The notes beneath the pieces are model-generated. The model ran no database searches. It worked only from the letters and a program-made list of their open reading frames with translations, and was not told where the DNA came from. From assembly GCA_964502085.1 (NCBI GenBank), contig CAZCUZ010000004.1, positions 278 to 64,277 of the forward strand: 64,000 nucleotides of DNA, in the 5' to 3' direction. Shown in pieces: positions 29,539-39,472 of the stretch (positions are counted from its first letter, which is position 1; every line of letters begins with the position of its first letter). This DNA comes from an uncultured Salinivenus sp. (GTDB lineage Bacteria > Bacteroidota > Rhodothermia > Rhodothermales > Salinibacteraceae). Position numbers and translations under genes: made by a program.

Positions 29539-30369
29539 TTACAGGGTGAGGCCCTCGTACGCGGCCGTGCAGTCGATCTCGTAGTCCGATAGGCGCGCCT
29601 GGGCCTGCTCTTGCATGGCGTCGAGGGCCTCGTCCGTCCGTTCTGGATCGTGGTGAAAGAGGACGAGGTGGTCGACGTCTGCCTGCTGGGCGAGGCGACA
29701 CACGTCTTGGAGGATGCTGTGGCCCCATCCCGACTTTTCGGGGAGGTCCTCCCACGTGTACTGGGCGTCGTGCACCAGCACGTCGGCCCCGGTGCAGAAC
29801 GACACGAGTTCCGAGAATGAAGCGACGGGATCGTGGGGGGGGTCGATTTCGTTGTCCGGAATGTGGACCACGGTTCGCCCGTTGAGTTCAGTGCGGTACC
29901 CGTATGCTCCTCCGGGATGATTGACGGGTCGACGGGAGAGCGCAACGCCTTCGGACTGTAGAAACTCGACGGCGTCGGTGTCTACCCGATGGACCCTCGC
30001 GGGGATCTGATGTGGCTCCAGTGGAAAGTGGAATCCGTCGAGGCGTTCGAGGAGGGACCAACGCGTGTCCTCGTACACGTGGTCGATGAGGTAGAGGGTG
30101 CGCCCTTCTTCGTAGAGGGGCTTGAAGAACGGGAAGCCCTCGACGTGATCGCTGTGGACGTGAGTGAGAAGGAGATAGATGGGCTTCTCCGTGCCCAGGA
30201 GGTGGTGTCCGAGCGGTCGAATGCCGGTGCCTGCGTCAATGATGAGAATGCGCTCCTCCGTCTCGAAGGTCACGCAGGACGTGTTGCCCCCGTAGCGCTG
30301 GTTTCTCGGATCGGGGGCCGGAATCGATCCCCGCACACCCCAACAGGTCATCTGCATGGCAAGAGGCAC
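29539..30369 (-). CDS. MBL-fold metallo-hydrolase
   Basis: WGVRGSIP, YGGNTSC, THVHSDHVEG, HDAQY, WGHS, FHHDP. Confidence 0.9.
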   Translation of the reverse strand: MPLAMQMTCWGVRGSIPAPDPRNQRYGGNTSCVTFETEERILIIDAGTGIRPLGHHLLGTEKPIYLLLTHVHSDHVEGFPFFKPLYEEGRTLYLIDHVYEDTRWSLLERLDGFHFPLEPHQIPARVHRVDTDAVEFLQSEGVALSRRPVNHPGGAYGYRTELNGRTVVHIPDNEIDPPHDPVASFSELVSFCTGADVLVHDAQYTWEDLPEKSGWGHSILQDVCRLAQQADVDHLVLFHHDPERTDEALDAMQEQAQARLSDYEIDCTAAYEGLTL

Positions 30370-30627
30370 TGGTCGGTGGTTCCGCGAAAGGCTGAGCGCA
30401 GGCCGTCATGGCGCGAACTGGACGGAAGTTCGCCTCGGACAATTCCCCTCCGAACAAGCGAGGCTCCCCGATCCGAAACGGGGGACCGGGAGGTGGAGAC
30501 AGTGTCTCGAAGACCGAAAAGAAGCAGAAATGTCTGTAATGCTTCACGGGTCCGAGACGGCCTTCCGCCGTCGGTTTGACTCAGCCCCGGATTCGTGCAC
30601 GTCGGCTCGGACGGTCAAATGATCCCT

Positions 30628-30655
30628 GCTTAACATAAGAACCATATTTCCCAAA
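30628..30655 (-). other. dif-like site candidate
   Basis: Minus strand TTTGGGAAATA TGGTTC TTATGTTAAGC; right arm matches the E. coli XerD arm at 9/11, left arm matches the XerC arm at 5/11. Confidence 0.3.
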
Positions 30656-30744
30656 GCAAATCCGAGCCGAACTCGTTCTGGGGCCTCCTGCGGTGCGAAT
30701 CGACGGCGAGGCGAAGACGGCTCGGGGGAGTGCGAGGTCGCTGC

Positions 30745-31254
30745 TCATTGTCCTCGCTTCTGTTGGAAGAACTGACGGAGCAATGTGCCGGCCGCGTCGG
30801 CCTCCACGCCGGACAGGACGTTCACCTGATGATTTAGACGGTCGTCGCGGGGGATGGAGTAAAGTGTCGAGGCAGCTCCCGCCTTTTCGTCGAAGGCGCC
30901 GAAGACCAACCGCTCCAGCCGCGCCAGGACGATGGCCCCGGCACACATCGGGCAGGGCTCGAGCGTGACGTAGAGGGTGCAGTCCGGAAGGTGCTTGGAG
31001 CCAAGGGTGTCGCACGCAGCCGTGAGGGCGAGCGTTTCGGCGTGGGCGGTTGGGTCCTCCAGCTGTTCGACGCGGTTCCGACCTCGGCCCACAATTTGGT
31101 CGTCGCACACGACCACGGCCCCGACGGGAACCTCGTCGGCCTCGTAGGCCTGCTGGGCTTCCTTCAAGGCCACGTGCATCCAGCGGCGATGCTCGTCCGC
31201 GAGGCGGCGCAGGCTCATGGGAACTGGGGGATTGGAGAAGAGCGGCTCGGGCAC
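30745..31254 (-). CDS. tadA: tRNA adenosine(34) deaminase
   Basis: EVPVGAV, DPTAHAE, TLEPCPMCAGA; the start may be 31218. Confidence 0.93.
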   Translation of the reverse strand: MPEPLFSNPPVPMSLRRLADEHRRWMHVALKEAQQAYEADEVPVGAVVVCDDQIVGRGRNRVEQLEDPTAHAETLALTAACDTLGSKHLPDCTLYVTLEPCPMCAGAIVLARLERLVFGAFDEKAGAASTLYSIPRDDRLNHQVNVLSGVEADAAGTLLRQFFQQKRGQ

Positions 31255-31275
31255 AGCGGAGGTCGCCCGGAACTG

Positions 31276-32568
31276 CTATGAACCGATGGGTTGGGTGTGG
31301 CGGGCCACCGGGAGGGTCATGCACCTCGGGCCACCCCGACCCCGGGACAACTCCGTTCCGCCCAGCTGAATGGCCACCTTTTCGGAGCCGGGCGTAAACG
31401 TGCCGGACTCGTAGTACGAGAGAAAGCTCTCGGCCGTCACGATCCGGTAGCCGTGGTCCTGGAGGCGATTGAAGGTGCGGCGGTTGCGCTCGTAGCCGAG
31501 AATGGCCCCGGGCGCCGCGGCAAACACGTTGGCTCCGTCGGTCCACTGCTCTCGTTCCTGATGGAGACGATCCGTGCCGCCGCAGGGGATGTACGACAGT
31601 TCGCGGTCGAGGAGGTCGTCGAGGGCATTCCGAAGGTTGGGGCGCATGTCGGTGAGGAAGCGGCCGGGTCCGTCGGCCGGGGTGAGGTGAACCGTGTATC
31701 CGAAGCCGTGAGTTTCGAGGAGAGGGGGAAAGACGATGGCCTCATTCGGGGAGGCAAACGTGAACACCGTGTCGAGGTGCATGGTGGCCCGCCGCTTCGG
31801 CAGGTCCACCGCCAGGACGTGCTCGACGGGCGTGCGCTCGAACAGCTCGTGGGCGATGGACATGACGGCGCCGAACGAGGTGCGCTCCGAGTGGCCAATC
31901 AGCACCGTATCGGGGCTCGCGACGAGCAGGTCTCCGCCCTCAAACGTAACGCCCGGCGGCAGATCGATAATTTTGTCGCTGTGCGGGGCGAACCGAGGGT
32001 GGTACTCGAGCACGACGTTGATGATGATGCTTTCCCGCGTACGGGCCGTCGTGGCCGGTTGTATCGGAATGATGTGGTCGCGCACGACGGCGGCCAGGTC
32101 TCGGGTAAACATCAAATTGGGGACTGGCTGGATCCGGATGGCCAGGTCCGACTCGCCGGTGAGAGCGAACCGCTGAAGGTCCTCCGGCGAGAAGCGTTTC
32201 AGCTCGTCCTGCACCGTTCCCAGATTTTGTTCGGGGAGGCTTTGGCACAGCTGGTCCACGAAGGCGTGTCGGGCCTCTTCCTGCTGAAAGGTTTCCAGCA
32301 GAAGATCTCCGATCTGGAGGACCGCGTCGGGGCGGCCCACGATCTTTTCGAAGACCGAGCACATGAGAAGGTGCTCCTTGCGGGCGTGCCCCAGAAAGAG
32401 GATGTCGTCGAACAGAAGGTCGGCCCGATTTTCCGGGGAGACGAGCTCCATTTCCTGCCCCGGCGTGTGGACGATGACCTGTTTGAGGAGGTGTGCTTCC
32501 GCCGGAACGTCGTACACGACGTCGGACTGGTCGGTGGTGGGGGCAGCGGGAGCGTCGAGCGTATCCAT
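31276..32568 (-). CDS. arcA: Arginine deiminase
   Basis: LLFDDI, NLMFTRD, EGGD, MHLDTV, ELSRGRGGPRCMT. Confidence 0.88.
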   Translation of the reverse strand: MDTLDAPAAPTTDQSDVVYDVPAEAHLLKQVIVHTPGQEMELVSPENRADLLFDDILFLGHARKEHLLMCSVFEKIVGRPDAVLQIGDLLLETFQQEEARHAFVDQLCQSLPEQNLGTVQDELKRFSPEDLQRFALTGESDLAIRIQPVPNLMFTRDLAAVVRDHIIPIQPATTARTRESIIINVVLEYHPRFAPHSDKIIDLPPGVTFEGGDLLVASPDTVLIGHSERTSFGAVMSIAHELFERTPVEHVLAVDLPKRRATMHLDTVFTFASPNEAIVFPPLLETHGFGYTVHLTPADGPGRFLTDMRPNLRNALDDLLDRELSYIPCGGTDRLHQEREQWTDGANVFAAAPGAILGYERNRRTFNRLQDHGYRIVTAESFLSYYESGTFTPGSEKVAIQLGGTELSRGRGGPRCMTLPVARHTQPIGS

Positions 32569-32692
32569 TACGGCGTGAGAACGTCGAGACAGACGAGGAG
32601 AAAATGTACTTCTGCTCGGCGCAGGTGTGCCCGGTTGCTCGTGTTCCCCCCACGAAGCCGACGGGGGCACTCACGGGGGCGTTTCCTTCTCT

Positions 32693-32875
32693 TTACCGGA
32701 TGGCGTCCAGCAGTTGGATGAGGAGGAGGACGACCAGCACGACGACTCCGGCTTTGAGTACGAAGGAGAGAAGAGCCGCGGCCACGTTCACCAGGACACC
32801 GAGGAGGCTGAGGCCGATGAGGGCGAGGACACCGTAAATGAGCCAGCGGAGAACGGTTTTGAGGTCGAGGTCCAT
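32693..32875 (-). CDS. Small two-TM membrane protein
   Basis: 60 aa, strongly hydrophobic, fills the arcA-truA gap co-directionally. Confidence 0.65.
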   Translation of the reverse strand: MDLDLKTVLRWLIYGVLALIGLSLLGVLVNVAAALLSFVLKAGVVVLVVLLLIQLLDAIR

Positions 32876-32964
32876 GGGCAGAGAGGGGGTCGTGGAAGGA
32901 AGTTGAAATAACAGAGCCGTTTCCCTGCTCGTTGGCGAGGGGGGAAGCGGAAATCGGGCACTGG

Positions 32965-33747
32965 TTAACGAGTGGGCGTTCCCGATACGGGGGCTACGTC
33001 CAGTACGCGGGACGGGTATCGGACGGTTTCCAGAACGAGACCGTCGGGGGGAACGGACGGGCCGGCCACTCGTCGGTCCCGTGCGGCGAGGACGTCGGGA
33101 AGCGCGTCGGCCCCGCGTTTACCCCGTCCGATCTCCAGGAGCGTGCCGACAATGGTACGGACCATGCCGTGCAGGAATCGGGTGCCAACAATTTCAAAGC
33201 GCAAGAATCCCGGTCGGTTCTCTTCGACCCACCGGGCGTGTGTGAGGGTGCACACGCGGTTCTCGGTACTCGACTGGGTTCGGCAGAAGGATCCAAAGTG
33301 CTGGGTGCCGAGGAGATCGGGCGTGGCCGCCCTCATTCGGTCGACGTCGGGCACCGGGCGCACCTTCGTGCGGGTCGTGCGACCCAGGGCGCAGGGCTGC
33401 GTGTGGAGGTAGTAGTGATACCGGCGGCGGCGCGCGTCGAAGCGCGCGTGGAAATCGTCCGGTGCCCGTTCAACCCGTCGCACGGCGATCGCGTCGGGAG
33501 TCAGCCCGTTCAGAGATCCCCGCAGCCGATACGGGTCGTGCGCCGTCGGCAGGTCGACGTGGGCGGGTTGACCGCGGGCGTGTACGCCTGCATCCGTGCG
33601 CCCCGAGCCGGTAACTCGACGCTCCTCGGAGGTGACGGTCTCGATTGCCTCCTCGAGCGCCCCCTGCACGGTGGGCACGTCGGGCTGGATCTGCCACCCG
33701 TGGAAGTCGGTTCCGTCGTATTCGACGAGCATCCGATACCGGGGCAT
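32965..33747 (-). CDS. truA: tRNA pseudouridine(38-40) synthase
   Basis: [31 protein letters not shown]. Confidence 0.95.
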   Translation of the reverse strand: MPRYRMLVEYDGTDFHGWQIQPDVPTVQGALEEAIETVTSEERRVTGSGRTDAGVHARGQPAHVDLPTAHDPYRLRGSLNGLTPDAIAVRRVERAPDDFHARFDARRRRYHYYLHTQPCALGRTTRTKVRPVPDVDRMRAATPDLLGTQHFGSFCRTQSSTENRVCTLTHARWVEENRPGFLRFEIVGTRFLHGMVRTIVGTLLEIGRGKRGADALPDVLAARDRRVAGPSVPPDGLVLETVRYPSRVLDVAPVSGTPTR

Positions 33748-33851
33748 CGATCGGAGGGACGAACGAGAAAGGACGCGAAACGAAAGAGCCGGTGCCGGTC
33801 GGACCCTTTTTAACATCCCCATTCCACGTCCCAAAATCCAAGTCTTTTCGA

Positions 33852-34391
33852 ATGCGCATTTATCTCAACGGCTTCATGGCGAGCGGCAAGTCGAGCGTCG
33901 GGCCCCGCGTGGCGGCTCAAATCGGGTACACCTTCATCGACCTCGACCGGTTGATTCGGGTGCACGACGGACGGTCCATCCCGACGATCTTTGCGGAGGA
34001 GGGGGAGGAGGCCTTTCGTACGCTCGAACGCGACGCCCTCCGTACGACGGCGGACTCCGACGACCTCGTCGTGGCCCTGGGGGGTGGGGCCCTCGTGGAC
34101 GAGTCCAACCGCTCGTTTGCGAAGGACCACGGGCGCGTCGTGTATCTGGAAGTCGACGTTGGCACCGTGCTCGAGCGGGTGGGGGACGAGGCCGACCAGC
34201 GACCGCTTCTTCAAAATGAGAACGGCGTGCCCCTTCCCCCCGAGCAGATGCGAAAGCGAATTGAACGGATGATGGACGAGCGGGAGGCGGCCTACACCGA
34301 CGCTCACGCGACGATCGACGCCACGCCGCCCCTCGATGAGGTGGTGGACGCTGTCACTGCGACGATTCGCCACCGCGGGTGGGCCGCGTGA
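33852..34391 (+). CDS. aroK: Shikimate kinase
   Basis: [28 protein letters not shown]. Confidence 0.93.
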   Translation: MRIYLNGFMASGKSSVGPRVAAQIGYTFIDLDRLIRVHDGRSIPTIFAEEGEEAFRTLERDALRTTADSDDLVVALGGGALVDESNRSFAKDHGRVVYLEVDVGTVLERVGDEADQRPLLQNENGVPLPPEQMRKRIERMMDEREAAYTDAHATIDATPPLDEVVDAVTATIRHRGWAA

Positions 34392-34394
34392 GCG

Positions 34395-35003
34395 TCAGGC
34401 GTCGTCTCGGAAGAGCGTAAAGGACTGTCGATGATGACAGGTTGCACCGTGCTCGCGTAGAGCCTCGTAGTGTTGTTGCGTGGGGTACCCCACGTTCGAG
34501 TCCCAGCCGTACTCCGGGTGCTCGTCGTGGAGGGTTCGCATCAGGGCGTCGCGCTCCGTTTTGGCGAGGATCGACGCGGCCGCGATGGACTGGCTCGTGG
34601 CGTCGCCGTTGACCACCGTTTCGAAGGGCCAAGGCGCGTCCGTGAGGGAGCGCGACCACTGATTGCCGTCGACGAGGAGGAAATCGGGGGCTGGTTCGCA
34701 GTCGGAAGCGGCCCGGCGCATGGCCTTGAGAGCGGCCCCGAGGATGTTGAGGGTGTCGATTTCGTCGGGCGAGCAGCGGCAAACGGCAAAGGCCTCAGCT
34801 TCTGCTTCGATCTGTTTGCGGGCAGCGAGGCGGGTGTTCTCCGAGAGGGCCTTGCTGTCCTGGATAATTGGGAGGTCGGTGCCCGGGGGGAGGATGACGG
34901 CGGCGGCCACGACGGGACCTGCGAGGCATCCCCGTCCCGCCTCGTCGAGGCCGGCAACGCGTTCGTACCCTGTCGTCCAGAGGCGTCGTTCGTGATCGAG
35001 CAT
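34395..35003 (-). CDS. rnhB: Ribonuclease HII
   Basis: GLDEAGRGCLAGPV, DSK, VDGN, AAASILAK. Confidence 0.95.
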   Translation of the reverse strand: MLDHERRLWTTGYERVAGLDEAGRGCLAGPVVAAAVILPPGTDLPIIQDSKALSENTRLAARKQIEAEAEAFAVCRCSPDEIDTLNILGAALKAMRRAASDCEPAPDFLLVDGNQWSRSLTDAPWPFETVVNGDATSQSIAAASILAKTERDALMRTLHDEHPEYGWDSNVGYPTQQHYEALREHGATCHHRQSFTLFRDDA

Positions 35004-35128
35004 ACCAAAAGCGTGGAAGGAAGAACGTGGAGAAAGAAATTGGGAGAGTACCGAAAGGATACCGGCGAAGACACTCGTGCGTCAAGCGATCGGCTCCCAT
35101 TCCAAAATCCCCAATCCAAAATCCACAC

Positions 35129-36754
35129 TCAGTACTGGTCGGGAAGGTCGTTCTCGTAGAGTACCACGTCGCCGGCTTCGAGGTGCCGGTCGAGGAAGTC
35201 CTGGGCCTCGAAGAGAGAGGAAAAGACCTTCACGTGCTCGTCGGGAAAACCGGCGTCGGCGAGGCCGTGTTGGATGGGGGCAGTCTGCTCGTTGCCAATC
35301 AGAACAGCCAGGTCGATGTCGTGCTGAGCGATGACGGCGCCGAACTTCTCGTTTTCCTCCCACTGTCGATCGCCGAGCTCCACCATGCCCGGGGTCACGA
35401 TGACGCGTCGGCCGCCGTTCATCTGCCCCAGAATTTCGACGGCGTTTCGGGCGCCCACCGGGTTGGAGTTGAAGGCGTCGTCGATGACGGTGATCTCGCC
35501 GCGCTCGCGAAGCTGGAGGCGGTGCTCGATGGGCTCGATGCGTTCGGCGGCGTGGGCCATCTGGCGAAGTCGTAAATCCATACTTCGCCCCACCGCCACG
35601 GCCAAAAGCACGTTCGTCACGTTGTGCTTGCCGAGCAGGCGGGTGTGGAACGTCGCCTCCGTGCCCGTGTCGTCGCGAACGACGAAGGAGGTGCCGCTCG
35701 TGTCGTACCGAATGTCGTGGGCTGATACGTCGGCATCGGGATGACCCTCGGCGGAAATGCGCCAGACGGGCCCGGGCGCCCGGTCGGCCATCTCGTTTAC
35801 GCGCTCGTCGTCGGCATTTAGGATCGTGGGCCCGTTGGCCTGCGTGTATTCAATGAGCTTGCCTTTTTCCTCGGCAATGGCGTTCATCGTCTCCATGGTT
35901 TCGAGGTGAGCCACGCCAATTGTCGTTACGACCGAGACGTCCGGGCGGGCAATGTCGCAGAGCTCGTCGATGTCGCCGGGGTACCGGATTCCATACTCCA
36001 GCACGAGCACCTGGTGCTCGGGCTTTACGTGCTCGTTGACGGCGAGGCAGAGGCCCATGGGCGTGTTGTAGGAGCTGGGCGTGGCGTAGACGTTGTATTT
36101 TTGTCGAAGCAGTTCGGCGACGATAAATTTGGTGCTCGTCTTTCCGTACGAGCCGGTGATGCCTATGAGCGAGAGGTCCGGTCGCTCGCGGAGCCGCTGT
36201 CGGGCCTGCCGCTTGAAGCCCTCCTGGATGATGGTTTCGAGGGGATGGGTGAGCCCGGCGCCGGCCGCGACCCAGAGCGGAGCGCCGAGGTCGGTCAGGA
36301 AAAAGCCGAGCAGGTACCACAGGACGCCGCTGGCATTTCCAATGCGCCCCCCGTACAGGGCGCCGAGGAGGAGAGGGAGTGCCGCCACGATTCCGGTGGC
36401 GAGGGCCAGACGGGTCATTCGAGCCGTAAACGCGAGGGGTTTCTTTTCCTGATCACTCCGATACCGGCGCGAGGAAATGAAGGCGAGCGCCCAGAGGGGA
36501 AGCACCGCGGCGGCAATCCACGACGGGTCGTAGGAGGAGAATCCGACGGCGGCGAGGACGAGTAGGCCCGCCCCGGCGGCGTGGGACCAGCGAAACACCG
36601 CGGAGGTCAGATGCTGGGCGAGCCAGCGCCCGTAGCGGTCGAACTTGTAGGTTTCCAGCTGGAAGATGTGGAGGAAGAAGCGAGTCCGCCGGGCGGCACG
36701 CCAGCCCGCAAACAGCGTTGCGAGGGTGCCGAGGAGAAAAAGGACGAGGGTCAT
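35129..36754 (-). CDS. murF: MurF-family ligase with N-terminal multi-TM domain
   Basis: GITGSYGKTSTK, SYNTPMG, IDDAFNSNP, TPGMVELG, ENDLPD; first ~170 aa hydrophobic. Confidence 0.85.
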   Translation of the reverse strand: MTLVLFLLGTLATLFAGWRAARRTRFFLHIFQLETYKFDRYGRWLAQHLTSAVFRWSHAAGAGLLVLAAVGFSSYDPSWIAAAVLPLWALAFISSRRYRSDQEKKPLAFTARMTRLALATGIVAALPLLLGALYGGRIGNASGVLWYLLGFFLTDLGAPLWVAAGAGLTHPLETIIQEGFKRQARQRLRERPDLSLIGITGSYGKTSTKFIVAELLRQKYNVYATPSSYNTPMGLCLAVNEHVKPEHQVLVLEYGIRYPGDIDELCDIARPDVSVVTTIGVAHLETMETMNAIAEEKGKLIEYTQANGPTILNADDERVNEMADRAPGPVWRISAEGHPDADVSAHDIRYDTSGTSFVVRDDTGTEATFHTRLLGKHNVTNVLLAVAVGRSMDLRLRQMAHAAERIEPIEHRLQLRERGEITVIDDAFNSNPVGARNAVEILGQMNGGRRVIVTPGMVELGDRQWEENEKFGAVIAQHDIDLAVLIGNEQTAPIQHGLADAGFPDEHVKVFSSLFEAQDFLDRHLEAGDVVLYENDLPDQY

Positions 36755-36817
36755 CGTCTGCGCCGTCGTGCTGAGGGAAGCAGAAAAAGAAGGATTGCGG
36801 GATGCGCTCGTTTGGTC

Positions 36818-37594
36818 CTACGTACGCTCCAGGAAGTGGCGGAGGCCGGACAGCACCGTGGGGAGGTCGTCGAGGTGGCCGTAGTGCCCCGCCCCGTCGA
36901 GCTCGACGAGCCCACAGTCGTCGATGGCATCTTCGAGAACGGCCATTTGGCGACGCGAGATTGCCTCGTCCTCCGTGCCCCAGAAGAGCAGGGCGGGAAC
37001 GGCGATGCGATGCAGGAGGTCGTCGAGGTGGTGATTGACCGTTTTGACGAATGTTTCACGCATGACCCCGGTGACAGAGCTGTAGTCCGACGAACCCAGG
37101 AGGCGCCAGACCAGCGAGTGTCGGAGCCAGTCCAGGGCGGGGGAGCGGAGCGGTTTCGGCAGGGCCTGAAACGGCGTTTTGAGGACGGTGGCGACGCCGG
37201 ATCGCACGTAGTATCCCCAGGACCGGTGGGGGCGGACGCCGGAGGGACTGATGAGGACCAGGCGCTCGATCCACTCGGCGTGGTCGTCGGTTCCGGCCAT
37301 GTAGAGGGCGATGCGCCCTCCATTCGAGTGACCAATCGCGGTGACGGGCCGTTGAACTTCTGTCTCGACGTAGTCGTGTAGGAGGGAGGCGTGCTCGGGG
37401 ACGCCCCATGGATTGGGAGGGGGCGGGGATGCACCGTGGCCCGGGAGGTCGATCACGTGGGTTCGGTGCGAGGCGGAGAGTGCCTCCGCGAGGGGGGACA
37501 TGCTTTGACCGCTGCTTCCCCATCCGTGTAGGAAGAGAAGCGGTTGAGCGTCCTCGGGGCCGCGAACCTCGACGTTCAGATCGTGATAAGTCAC
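36818..37594 (-). CDS. Alpha/beta hydrolase
   Basis: LHGWG, DLPGHG, GHSNGG nucleophile elbow, GTED, AGH; start uncertain. Confidence 0.88.
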   Translation of the reverse strand: MTYHDLNVEVRGPEDAQPLLFLHGWGSSGQSMSPLAEALSASHRTHVIDLPGHGASPPPPNPWGVPEHASLLHDYVETEVQRPVTAIGHSNGGRIALYMAGTDDHAEWIERLVLISPSGVRPHRSWGYYVRSGVATVLKTPFQALPKPLRSPALDWLRHSLVWRLLGSSDYSSVTGVMRETFVKTVNHHLDDLLHRIAVPALLFWGTEDEAISRRQMAVLEDAIDDCGLVELDGAGHYGHLDDLPTVLSGLRHFLERT

Positions 37595-38253
37595 AAAGAA
37601 AGCCGTCTGGAGAAAGACAGTAGCGTTCACGGGAATCCGGGAAACCATCTTTACATCGCGGCGTTCCACCCGTTGACTAGAGGACCCATCTTCTGGCTTG
37701 GCGCCAGATTTTCTGCCGCGAACGGACCGTCATGGTTCACTTGCGGTGCCCTCACCGGCGTGAGGGCGATTCCCTCAGCAGGGTTCGTGAATTGATTGAG
37801 AGCACGTCGATGTGCCCCGCGAAGGGGTTCTGTGGTCGCCCCCCAAGGACGACGAGAAGAGGGGCTCGTGTGAAAGGGGCTCTGATCTTCTCTCCGAACG
37901 TTGCCCCCTTTCTGGTAAGTGGACGTCGCTGGACGCACGTGAGCTGTTTTGGTAGTTCGTTTTTGCGTCTCGGACCGTCTCGTCAATCGTGTCTGTGTTG
38001 CAACCTCCCAGCTGGTGTTTTGGGATTCATTCACGCGCCCTCGTCGGGAAGAGGTCGCGTGCGACGTGCCACCGTATTCCGCGGTCCTCCTCGTCTGAGT
38101 GCATTCCCTCACTTTGTACGTTCCGAACGCCGATTGCGGACGCGAGGGAGAGCCGGAATCGTGTCTTGTCCGCAATCGATTGAGTTCTCTGTAGCGTATC
38201 GGCAGGCGCGGCGATAGGGTCTGTCGACTCCATCACTCATCGTGTAACCGACT

Positions 38254-39375
38254 ATGTCCGAAAACGAGAACAAGAAATTTCGTCGACTCCTCGAATTGAT
38301 CGGGGATAAAAAGTACGGCTTCATGCGGGAACTGCGGCCGGATTTGCCGAAAGACGACGACGATCCGTTTATGCCGCCTCCCTTGATTCGGAAGTTTAAC
38401 CTGCGTGACGGGATCATTGTCGAAGGCGACCTAAAGCCCGGGCGGAAAGGAGGCATGCAAGTCGGCTGGATTGACACCGTCATGGGCATGCCGCCGAAGG
38501 AGTGGGCGCAGCTCGAAACCTTTGACCACGGGGCGAGCATCTACCCGGAGGAGAAGCTCAACCTCATTACCGGTCCCGAGGACGCGTCCATGCGGGTGCT
38601 CGATCTGGTGGCCCCGCTCGGAAAGGGGCAGCGGGCGCTCATCGTCTCGCCCCCACGGGCGGGTAAGACCGTGATGCTCAAGGACATCGCGGCGGGCGTA
38701 ACGCAGAATCATCCGGAGGTGGAATTGGTGGCGCTTCTGGTCGACGAGCGGCCCGAGGAGGTCACCGACTTTCGCCGCACCACGGAAGCTCGTGTCTTTG
38801 CGTCCTCCAATGACCGGGGTGAGGACAATCACGTGCGTGTCTCCACGCTCGCGCTCGAGCATGCGAAGCGCCTCGTGGAGATGGGCAAGGACGTCGTGCT
38901 CCTGCTCGACTCCCTGACCCGACTCGGTCGCACCTTTAACTTGTGGGTCGACGGCAGCGGCCGCACCCTCTCGGGCGGCCTCGATGCCGAAGCCCTCAAG
39001 GTGCCGCGCCAGATCTTCGGGGCGGCCCGGAACGTCGAAGGCGGAGGGTCGCTCACGATTATTGCGTCGGCGCTCATCGACACGGGGAGCCGGATGGACG
39101 AGGTCATCTTCGAAGAGTTTAAGGGTACGGGAAACTCCGAGATCGTGCTCGACCGCGAGATGGCCGACAAGCGCATATTTCCGGCGGTAAACCTTCGGGA
39201 GAGTGGCACCCGGAACGAGGAGCGGCTGCTGGGCGAGGTGCGTCGCAAGAAGCACAATCAGCTGTTCCGTGCGCTGAACTCGCGCTCGCCCATCGAGGCC
39301 ATGCAGGCCCTGCTCCGTCACCTGCAGAACAGCCCCTCGAACGCCCACCTCCTCAACGAGCTCGTGCCCGAATAG
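38254..39375 (+). CDS. rho: Transcription termination factor Rho, short form
   Basis: GKGQR, PPRAGKT, DERPEEVTD, LDSLTRL, EEFKGTGN. Confidence 0.93.
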   Translation: MSENENKKFRRLLELIGDKKYGFMRELRPDLPKDDDDPFMPPPLIRKFNLRDGIIVEGDLKPGRKGGMQVGWIDTVMGMPPKEWAQLETFDHGASIYPEEKLNLITGPEDASMRVLDLVAPLGKGQRALIVSPPRAGKTVMLKDIAAGVTQNHPEVELVALLVDERPEEVTDFRRTTEARVFASSNDRGEDNHVRVSTLALEHAKRLVEMGKDVVLLLDSLTRLGRTFNLWVDGSGRTLSGGLDAEALKVPRQIFGAARNVEGGGSLTIIASALIDTGSRMDEVIFEEFKGTGNSEIVLDREMADKRIFPAVNLRESGTRNEERLLGEVRRKKHNQLFRALNSRSPIEAMQALLRHLQNSPSNAHLLNELVPE

Positions 39376-39472
39376 AGTGCACGAGGGATTCGAGGAGGGT
39401 CCACGTTAGAGTCGGGGTGGGAAATGTGTCTGGAGGATGAGCGTTTGTCCTCTTTTTCAGACTCCTTTTCCC

